Shown: piece by piece, positions 57,001-64,000 of the stretch
How the letters are laid out: every line of letters starts with the position of its first letter
How positions within the stretch are numbered: the stretch's first letter is position 1
DNA from: Monocercomonoides exilis PA203
Taxonomy: Eukaryota > Protista > Preaxostyla
Direction of reading: 5' to 3'
Assembly: GCA_001643675.2 (NCBI GenBank)
Contig: LSRY02000044.1
Span: 496,001 to 560,000 of the forward strand
Length of the DNA stretch: 64,000 bases
Notes under the pieces: generated by a model
What the model was told of the DNA's origin: nothing
The model's input: only the letters and a program-made list of their open reading frames with translations
The model's database searches: none
Made by a program: the position numbers and the translations under genes

Positions 57001-60000
57001 CGCCATCTGCTCAAACAGCAACTCAGAATTATTTCCACGCAATCTGCTTTTTCCAACTACAATAGTCGATCCAAACATCAGCCGCTCTTTGAATGTGACA
57101 GACAATGTCATCAGAAGAATTGGGAGAATTCTCAATGCCACAGCAGAGGTTGCAGTAAGAGTGGGGCTTTGAAGCTCATCTGCCGAATGGGCAACGATAA
57201 ATTTCTTTCCATTTCCTCGTAAAGCTGATAATCTTTGCTGTAGATGCTGTTCATCAGCTTCGCTATCGCTCGTTGACTCTGAATCGCTTGTATCTGCTTC
57301 ATTTTCATTGGAATCCCCAAGTTCTGACTCTTCAACCTCACTTTCTTCATCTGCATCTTTCTTGTTTTGCTTTGATGTTGCGAATTGCGTTGATTTTTGC
57401 AATTGCTCAGAAGCACCGCGATTATCTTTCTTCTTCTGCTGTTTCTTGTTTTTCTTCTTTTCGGTTGAGTGGTCATTTTGCTCAGCTGAGTCTTGTTCCA
57501 TTTCATTCGATTCGTAAATGTTCTTCAGCCAAACCTGCAACATTTTGACGATCTGAGTCAATTGTTCTGGTCCGCATCGAGAAAGAAGAATGGAAATTGT
57601 TCTTCGCAATGCCTCAAGTGGCTTTCCGTAGTCTTCTTTTGCCAAACGAGCTGCCAAGTTCATCAAAAGCATTGCTGCCTCGTTTGCTACAAACTCAAAT
57701 GGAAAGCGCAGAACCAGCTGAGTGATGCAATCGATGCCAGTTAGTCTGGCTTCAGGCTGTGAGTGATCCAGTACAGTCAGCAGCTTTGTGAGATGGAAGC
57801 GTATTTTGGATTCAGTCAGAGGATAATGCAGAAGGAAGTAAAGATAACAGTGCCCAAGCACTCTTCTCACCTCGACTGTGGTTGTAGAGGCATTAAGCAT
57901 AAGATTAGAAGCAGAGTCCATAAGACTGTACATTTCTATACCCATCACTCTCAGTACAAGCAATGCCTTCAGCAAGGAGAGAGCTGCCATTTGTCTCCTT
58001 GTTCGGAATTCTCTTTGAGTTTCATCGCTCACAACGAATGTTGATGTTGTGGTCGTGCCAATCAGCTCATTTACATCACACGTGACAAGATTGACAAGCA
58101 TTCCCAGTTGAGAATCTGTGAAAAGAGAGCTTTTTGCGATTGATTTTAATTTCCTGTTGCCACTTGAAGATGACGAACGCCCATAAGATCCTCCTGATTG
58201 AGATTTCTTAATTACTCTTCCATCTGAAGTAACCAAAACTCCTTTGGAATCACCATCTTCATCATCCTCATCATCTTCTTCATTGTAATAAGCAAGGCCA
58301 CTTCTTTTCAATTTTTGTCGTTGTTTGTAGCTTTCTATTTTCTCTCTTGAAAGTGGATTTATGCCAATTTCTGTTAAAAGCAGCCATTCCCATGTTGAAG
58401 TAATCTCTCGAAGCGATTTCTCTCGTAATTTTGCACCAAATCCTTCCTCAAACATACCCATCTCTTCATCGTCTTTGCTAAATTCTTCCTCTTTCATTTC
58501 ATTTTCATTGGCTTCTTCGATTTCCTTCTGCTTCTCTGCTTGTTCAGCGATAAGTGCGTGTGTGGATACCAGCGCAGTCATTGCATTATAGGCAGCCTGA
58601 GAGAATGCTGCTGCTTTTTCTGCTCTTTCGTCAGCTCTCATTTTGCCGCCCATTCCAGCTGGTCCCAATCCATCGATGATTCCACTCCCAGCTCCACTCA
58701 CTCCACTGCGTGTCTCGTTGATGATGACAAAAAGAGGGGGTGAGAGCTGTTTGCGTGCTCGATGCAAGTATCTGTGCAGCTGAATGGAGTTGCAGATGAA
58801 CGGACGAACAGAAAGGAGAGTCACTCGGCTTGGAAGCTCCTTTATCCACTGAGGCAGACGAGAGAAGAGAGAAGATGCTTTCTTCTTCTCTTTTTGCAAC
58901 ATTGCATCAGATTGCTTTTTGAATTGCGTTTTCGAAAGAGCCGATGATGATTTGACTGTTTGAGTCTCTGCAGGCGCATCATCATCATCCTCTTCTTTTA
59001 TGTCAACTTCCATTTCTTTGCTTTCGACTTTCACTTTCTTTCCCTCATGCTCCTTTGCAGAGTCTTCCATTGCAGCTTCCCCGAGAGTTGAGTCAGGTGA
59101 TGCAATCTGCTTGATCAAAGGAACAATCTTTCTTCCTGGATCGCCTGTTGCAAACAGCTCCTGTCTGAATGTTGGCAAAGCAGTCAATTCGATTTCCTGC
59201 AATTCTGCTGCCAAATATCGCTTCTTCTTCCGCACTTTCACCTCTTTCTCTTTCCCTTCCCGTTTGTATTGCTTCGTTTTTTCTTTTGCATCTTCAATTC
59301 GCTGCATTTCATCAACTTCATCAAGTGGTGGATGAGGCGGCAGATTTGGAAATTGAAGCTGCAAAATTTGAGAGATTGAACGCAATGCAAGATGAACAAG
59401 TGTGTCACTTCGTTGGTCATCAATTGTCAGAACAAGACCAGGAAGAAGAGACAAAGAAAGCTCTTCAGCAGTGAGCGGAGGAGTAGATAAATACTTCTTG
59501 CTCCATTGCTTTTGAGTTAAATTCTTTGTTAAAGGAATTACAAGTGAAGAAGAAGAACTATTCTTTGAGCTTTGTGCTTTTGAATTTGATTTTTCAGACT
59601 TCTTGATGCCTTCGTCTCTGTCAGCAAGCAATCTCAATTCATTCGTCTCTTTTTCAGAAGCAATTTGGAATCGATCATTCTTCAAGAACATCCACAACAT
59701 CTCCAATGCAAACTCGCAAATTATCTCTTTCTTCGCTTTTGACCGCTTCGATTCCTCAACAGGGGCAGTGTATATTGTGCCGGCTCGTGGAGGCTCTGCT
59801 GGAATGAGAAGAAGATCCTTTTCACTCACCTTCATCGCTACAATTTCTCCGTTCTCTGTCACAATCTGCTTTCCAGTTAATGTTCTGCCAGATGAAGTGA
59901 GAGATAAGTTTGATGCAGTCGTAAGCACAGCTGTACCTTTCTTTATCATTTCTTCTGTTTGATCATTAACTGAATCACTCTTTCGCATTCCACTGATAGC

Positions 60001-63000
60001 AGACAAGCCAATGTTGCCAGCAGAACCAAAAGAGAACTTTCCTGTGCCTCTGTCTGGTGTTGCATAGTAATCCTGCTTGTTGTATTCGATGTTGTGTACG
60101 TAGCTAACAATGCCGCGTTCTTCATCTACAATCATTTTTGTTCCCAAATGAGCTGTATCGATCTCTTCTCCATCAATTGCAAACGATGAAAAGCCTGATG
60201 ATGATGAGGAAGAAGAAGAAGAAGCTTGCTTTGCATCATTTGCGCTTTGGAGGTAGATTGAAGAAGAAGAAGGAGCCAAGTTGAATTGCTTCATTCTCAT
60301 TCTTTCTTTTGCAGCACCAATCATCGAGTTTGCAATGAATGAAGATGCAGACTTTGATTTTGCCTTGTTCGATGCTGTGCTTTGATCATCTGTTCTTTGG
60401 ATGGAAACTCCCCACAATTGAACAAGAACATCACGCTGCATTTCCCAGTGACTGTACTCTCTTTTCCAGTGCACAAGCTCTTTCGGCAGCAATTTGCTTA
60501 TATCTTTCTCAGACTCTCGCTCAAATACAGCATAAATCGACTCCACCACAAAAGAAAGGAATCTTCGTGGCCCATTCAACATGTGCTGCAAAGATTGATT
60601 GTTCGATAAGTTAATTTTTGAAGCGGAACTTGACTTACTTGATTCATTAGAGCTTGTTGAACGCGATACTTTTTCCAGTGTCATTTTCTCTATATCATTC
60701 AAAGTGATAGATGTCGATATAATCCACGGGTTGGCAGACAGTCCTTGTGTCAGGCGAGTGAATGACTCCCTCACTTTTGAATGAGTCTTTGCATCGTGTG
60801 AATCAAGAAGAACTTCACTCAGCCGATCGATCATAACTAGAATCCCATCAAAATCGCGGATGAGCTGTCCAGCAAATGCCAGAATGTCGTATCCATGCAC
60901 ACGCCGCATCTCAAAGTATTTGCTTGCCAACTTCTTCACCTCTTTCTCGTCAGCTTGCGTGCCAAACATTTCTCGTATCACTATTTCTGTCAGTTCAGGA
61001 AGGCAGTAGTCAATTCCTCCATCAGGAAGAATAGGCACATTTGATTCGATTTTTGAAGGATCAACTGAAGATGAGAAAGTTGCTTCAATTTGTTTCTCTT
61101 CTTTCTCTTCTGCAGTTTCTTGTTTTTCAGCTTCACTTTTCTCTTTTTTGTTGTTTTCCCCTTCCATTTGCATAATGTTTCCTTCATCATCTTCTCCAGC
61201 CCCATCAACAGCGTCTTCTTCTTTATCGAGCAAATCTCCAAATCCACTTTCCGATTCACTTTCACTTATATCTTCATTCTCTTCATCATCAACACCCTCA
61301 TTTTCTTCCTTCACATCTCCTTTTGTTTCATTCATTTTTTTGCTTTTTCTTTCCATCTTTTTCTGCTCTCTCAGCATCTTTTGCTCTTTCCTCTTCATTT
61401 TTTCTTTCTTCCTTTTACTCAAAACGGCCAGTCCGTTCCGCCTCAAATACCTCTTCTCTCTTTCCACCAGCCTTTCCAGCATTGCTCTCACGGTACAATT
61501 CAGCACATGCACCTGATACCCTCTTGTCAGCGTTCTTCTCAATTCCTGCACCATAAACCCAAAGTAAAGTGGCCCCATCACATCAACCACATCAACAACA
61601 GCCTTCCTCACTGCATTTCTAATGGCTTCTTCCTTTGATTTCAGATGGCCACAAAGAGATAGCACAAGCTTAGGGAAATGAAGAGATAGAAGTCCTGTTG
61701 ATGAAGGAAGTTTTTTCAAGAGCTTCACAACAGCCACTGCAGCTCCAAGGCGAGCAAGTCCGACTTTGTTGTCGTTGTCTCCTGAATCCTTTTTCTTCCT
61801 GCTTGCTTGACCATCTGCCTCTCCATCATCTTCTCCTCCTTTGGACCTTCTCTTCTTTGATCCTGAGCCAAGTGTTGATGTGTGTAGCACTCCACTTGAT
61901 CCTTTACCATCTGTTGTATACAGACCTGTGTCTTGCTCAAAGGCAGTCAGGACAGAAACTGTTGGATCAAGTGTATCTACAAGAGACAGAAGCATCGGAA
62001 GAAGATGCTTAGACAATCCACTGACGATGCGACGAGATAACTTCACTTGCAAAAACTGTTTTTTCTGCTGCATTTTTCTGTATCTCTTTTCTTCAGCTGT
62101 TTCATTCTGCAGCAATAACTTTTCTTGCTCTTCTTCGAACTTCAAATATTCTTTGTCTCCTTTCTCTTTCTTTGATTTAACCTTCATCATTCGCTCACTC
62201 TCCTTCTGCTCAGCATACTCAATGCCACTCACCACGTGGAAGTGCCACGCATCCAGCCATCCAGAGATGATCTTCAGGAGAATCCGTTCGCTTCTTGGCT
62301 GCCTCTTCACAAGAATCAAAAAGCGTGACAGAAGAGATGAATAACTCTGCCACGAAATTGTGTAGGCGATTGCTTTTAATGTCAGTTGTGCTTGGAATGA
62401 TACTTTTTCGTATGTGAATGAATCGCTCAGTTCGATGGCTTGGTGGATGAAAAGTGGAAGGAAATACGAAATGAGATGATTCTCAGAAAATGGAATTAGT
62501 TGATACGTTTTGTCTGCTGGACTTGCTTTGACAATTGATATATCTGCTTGCAAAGGAGCAACGTTAGCAGATGCTCCTGTCGAATTATCAGATTCAATAT
62601 CCATCTTGTTTTGATCAGAAGAAGAGGCTTTCTCATTAGAATTCCTTTTCTGTTGGGCTTTTGCCAACATTGCTTCCGTTTTCTTCTTTGCTTCAAGTTC
62701 GATTCTTTTCTTCTCATCTTCACATCTTTTCAATGCTTCTCTGAACAGAATGTGCGCTCTTATCTGTTTCGTTGGATGCGATTGAGACATATTTGAGAAG
62801 AAGTCTTCATCACGTGTGGTTCTGCAATGTGCAAAGAGTGAAATTTGATTTGGCTTTGAAGAACTTTTAATCGCTTTTATCTCCTGTTGTATTTGTTCTT
62901 GCGGTCTGTAAATAAGCTGCTGCAAGTCAGGGAAGAGACGAGGCATATATCGCACAAAGAGAGAGAAGAGAGAAAGAGCATCTCTTTGAACAGACTCATT

Positions 63001-64000
63001 TTCAGACACAATTAGCTGCTTGACTTCGGGAATAAGCACAACACGAAGCATCTTCGACAGAACATCTGTGGATATTACTGCTTTCGTAAGCGAAACAGCT
63101 GCAGGCTCAACACGCTTTGAAGTTAGTTGAATAGAAACTGATGGAGCAGACGTCTCGTTTTCTGTCTGTTTTAAAGGATGTTCCAGTAACTCTGAAGCGA
63201 CAATCGAGCTTTTGAGTGCAGAACAAGCAGACGAGCGAAGAGTGACGATTGAACAGCGCATGTCAACACACAATTGGCTTAAGAGGATCATCCACACTCC
63301 CCTCAAATGTGGATGTGCAATGAGATATGGAGTTGTTGGAGGTATGCTCGATTTTTGAGGAGATGAGATTGAGCCACTCATTTTTTGAGATTCAATCTTT
63401 CGAAGCTTCTTGGCTGAAGAGGTGGATGAATTTGCTTGCTGCTTCATAATTTGACTTTCTGCAACATCTTCCTCCATCCTGTTCTCATCCGATTTTTCAT
63501 CACCAAGTGTCTTAACATTCTTTTCATCGATACTGTTTTGTTCTCCTTCCTCTGCTAACTGTTCCAACACTCCACCAGCTTGTTCGAAAAACTGTGCAGC
63601 CTCCCGATGGGCAGCCACTCTTCTGTCAACATCTGGTTCATTTGCAACAACACGCGAATCGACAGAGTTCATCTCCTGAATCATCTTTGCGACCCATTTG
63701 ATCGCATTCACTTCATCACTTGTCAACATAAACTTTATAGAAGTATGATAACTCCTTTCTTTTTGTGATGCTCCATAATTCTGTTGACTCAATTTTTCTT
63801 GTTCGGATTCTTTGAAGTGGTTGTCAACTAATACGGATACAGTTTCTATTGTTGCACACAGCTGCTGTCGAGTTGAGAGGCACAGAGGAGGAACAATGGA
63901 TGGATTCGAAGATGTTCTGAGTGAATAATGTTGGATAAGCGATCGGACGAATGGAAGTCTGGCATCACCAATGTCTTCTGCATCATCCATGAAATCCTGC
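54025..64000 (-). CDS. UTP20: U3 snoRNA-associated protein 20 (SSU processome HEAT-repeat protein), C-terminal >=3,320 aa, probably 5'-partial
   Basis: EDFFSNM..QIRA, LCGHLKSKEEAIRNAVRKAV...ELRRTLTRGYQVHVLNCTV, IDYCLPEL...EMFGTQADEKEV...EMRRVHGYD and FLLHYPL...L match conserved UTP20 blocks. The frame stays open to the window edge. Confidence 0.88.
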   Translation of the reverse strand, partial: QDFMDDAEDIGDARLPFVRSLIQHYSLRTSSNPSIVPPLCLSTRQQLCATIETVSVLVDNHFKESEQEKLSQQNYGASQKERSYHTSIKFMLTSDEVNAIKWVAKMIQEMNSVDSRVVANEPDVDRRVAAHREAAQFFEQAGGVLEQLAEEGEQNSIDEKNVKTLGDEKSDENRMEEDVAESQIMKQQANSSTSSAKKLRKIESQKMSGSISSPQKSSIPPTTPYLIAHPHLRGVWMILLSQLCVDMRCSIVTLRSSACSALKSSIVASELLEHPLKQTENETSAPSVSIQLTSKRVEPAAVSLTKAVISTDVLSKMLRVVLIPEVKQLIVSENESVQRDALSLFSLFVRYMPRLFPDLQQLIYRPQEQIQQEIKAIKSSSKPNQISLFAHCRTTRDEDFFSNMSQSHPTKQIRAHILFREALKRCEDEKKRIELEAKKKTEAMLAKAQQKRNSNEKASSSDQNKMDIESDNSTGASANVAPLQADISIVKASPADKTYQLIPFSENHLISYFLPLFIHQAIELSDSFTYEKVSFQAQLTLKAIAYTISWQSYSSLLSRFLILVKRQPRSERILLKIISGWLDAWHFHVVSGIEYAEQKESERMMKVKSKKEKGDKEYLKFEEEQEKLLLQNETAEEKRYRKMQQKKQFLQVKLSRRIVSGLSKHLLPMLLSLVDTLDPTVSVLTAFEQDTGLYTTDGKGSSGVLHTSTLGSGSKKRRSKGGEDDGEADGQASRKKKDSGDNDNKVGLARLGAAVAVVKLLKKLPSSTGLLSLHFPKLVLSLCGHLKSKEEAIRNAVRKAVVDVVDVMGPLYFGFMVQELRRTLTRGYQVHVLNCTVRAMLERLVEREKRYLRRNGLAVLSKRKKEKMKRKEQKMLREQKKMERKSKKMNETKGDVKEENEGVDDEENEDISESESESGFGDLLDKEEDAVDGAGEDDEGNIMQMEGENNKKEKSEAEKQETAEEKEEKQIEATFSSSVDPSKIESNVPILPDGGIDYCLPELTEIVIREMFGTQADEKEVKKLASKYFEMRRVHGYDILAFAGQLIRDFDGILVMIDRLSEVLLDSHDAKTHSKVRESFTRLTQGLSANPWIISTSITLNDIEKMTLEKVSRSTSSNESSKSSSASKINLSNNQSLQHMLNGPRRFLSFVVESIYAVFERESEKDISKLLPKELVHWKREYSHWEMQRDVLVQLWGVSIQRTDDQSTASNKAKSKSASSFIANSMIGAAKERMRMKQFNLAPSSSSIYLQSANDAKQASSSSSSSSSGFSSFAIDGEEIDTAHLGTKMIVDEERGIVSYVHNIEYNKQDYYATPDRGTGKFSFGSAGNIGLSAISGMRKSDSVNDQTEEMIKKGTAVLTTASNLSLTSSGRTLTGKQIVTENGEIVAMKVSEKDLLLIPAEPPRAGTIYTAPVEESKRSKAKKEIICEFALEMLWMFLKNDRFQIASEKETNELRLLADRDEGIKKSEKSNSKAQSSKNSSSSSLVIPLTKNLTQKQWSKKYLSTPPLTAEELSLSLLPGLVLTIDDQRSDTLVHLALRSISQILQLQFPNLPPHPPLDEVDEMQRIEDAKEKTKQYKREGKEKEVKVRKKKRYLAAELQEIELTALPTFRQELFATGDPGRKIVPLIKQIASPDSTLGEAAMEDSAKEHEGKKVKVESKEMEVDIKEEDDDDAPAETQTVKSSSALSKTQFKKQSDAMLQKEKKKASSLFSRLPQWIKELPSRVTLLSVRPFICNSIQLHRYLHRARKQLSPPLFVIINETRSGVSGAGSGIIDGLGPAGMGGKMRADERAEKAAAFSQAAYNAMTALVSTHALIAEQAEKQKEIEEANENEMKEEEFSKDDEEMGMFEEGFGAKLREKSLREITSTWEWLLLTEIGINPLSREKIESYKQRQKLKRSGLAYYNEEDDEDDEDGDSKGVLVTSDGRVIKKSQSGGSYGRSSSSSGNRKLKSIAKSSLFTDSQLGMLVNLVTCDVNELIGTTTTSTFVVSDETQREFRTRRQMAALSLLKALLVLRVMGIEMYSLMDSASNLMLNASTTTVEVRRVLGHCYLYFLLHYPLTESKIRFHLTKLLTVLDHSQPEARLTGIDCITQLVLRFPFEFVANEAAMLLMNLAARLAKEDYGKPLEALRRTISILLSRCGPEQLTQIVKMLQVWLKNIYESNEMEQDSAEQNDHSTEKKKNKKQQKKKDNRGASEQLQKSTQFATSKQNKKDADEESEVEESELGDSNENEADTSDSESTSDSEADEQHLQQRLSALRGNGKKFIVAHSADELQSPTLTATSAVALRILPILLMTLSVTFKERLMFGSTIVVGKSRLRGNNSELLFEQMALPELNELLPIIGSDQCVEIPNLKSIAYFNQPKVTLLPSALKIIAHSVRDDMSSDNSFASEQNNETESEQQDPYTTAALLAESKYATMNPRATFPRWLSLCTIESSPPDWHKHAENTLIKPPLIQILPDTLSKVCQTLSAALMEAEWRAEKHVQHLHKQFNKEKGLLIQMDRAIERGAFVFEKTKKFNNKRRRRHSGKKQLQMMKDNEENIAISASVSDDNDKMDMIESSEESKEDLEDDESNEEEEEEEEEDEEEDEEEEEEESEDVSSSIGEDYNDARKETSEKEKLGANEKEMVSKEDAMEDDENNKSSKEIDSRIASDEAMDADLFALSGTASSPIPSPSPSPSPSPSPSNTSIAPLRQSKKAHQQHSQQPSKEKVKEKSLSLSAQMKIQMKTEIAKIDDPLVRQFLSLPPSSQAALFNSLPPSQRATVLAFRKRVGDLEEAVKNAEIAMEERRKEGLRMREIEIAKETNQVLCLVADILCSSASIMIKSKTTSSWVSRGRRAETDDFLNKNGRKALFCAVCAVPSIWDVVVQGIRSIRTSSVISSVQLIGFATFYIQCFIDELTQKKKGKSTKEAMNKMGTPARDKKAQKHPMTLDGMENEQSQSNPLLNVSAVRRVLFAMLRMLQYSVELGKKSKVPPMPKYRFLRGMLGGKKLRLKNGGGSEIGSGMNSGSLGEGRTSAVPAALVEMGVVPTRMTGRDIEGNRLREMIRQRDVIRERVELTHNELSESQKYIQGTRQEVSQLHQSATVFFVNALIGLHISRSVMMVVRKREEGLDREPVLISQWAVNKLTWLCNPHVNSKRCVIILRALNAFVEFIAASAFSSERSSNRSDKKEETAVGSTVEQRRFMREFDAYRSDVLVCVVSMSRWTEIKAAPSDGMNVTNQIGRRTHGNAAAIDAKKRAKSELLKKKRESIKLLRGKKNVKEQIEIALKELTNTIRNGCGGGTYAVWVSEAKAKRKEMIEAQKMRTKSKGSKSRSTSKMIKM

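Noticed and set aside
1-64000. CRISPR arrays, rRNA, tRNA, prokaryotic operons
   Set aside because: None seen; repeats are microsatellites or inverted-repeat transposons in a spliceosomal-intron genome

Overview
Eukaryotic, AT-rich protist DNA using the standard genetic code and short spliceosomal introns. The gene families and long poly-Ser/poly-Glu inserts resemble the oxymonad Monocercomonoides (inference from remembered family motifs, no search run). Layout: (1) 1-14808, a giant uninterrupted minus-strand ORF missing from the ORF track because it runs off the window; it is the N-terminal ~4,900 aa of a BEACH-family (WDFY3/LvsA-like) protein. (2) ~15-30.2 kb, a transposon/pseudogene cluster: two decayed DDE_Tnp_4 (PIF-Harbinger/ISL2EU-type) transposases, two TA-flanked Tc1/mariner-type MITEs, a possible TTAA-flanked MITE, a GC-rich HIRA-like fragment, and a 3.3-kb hAT-like non-autonomous element with perfect 17-bp TIRs, an 8-bp TSD, mirrored A56/T60 tracts and a host-gene pseudogene inside. 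(3) 30.9-51 kb, genes: a type I surface protein, three small intron-rich genes (hypothetical, CCCH/REXO1-N-like, and a syntaxin with a GC-AG intron and an in-frame terminal intron encoding a possible tail anchor), a ~3,300-aa eIF4G-like MIF4G protein, Vps2/CHMP2 and an endonuclease IV (Apn1). (4) 51.7-53.5 kb, more foldback elements. (5) 54025 to the window end, the C-terminal part of UTP20. Exon structures were derived by hand and need RNA-seq confirmation.
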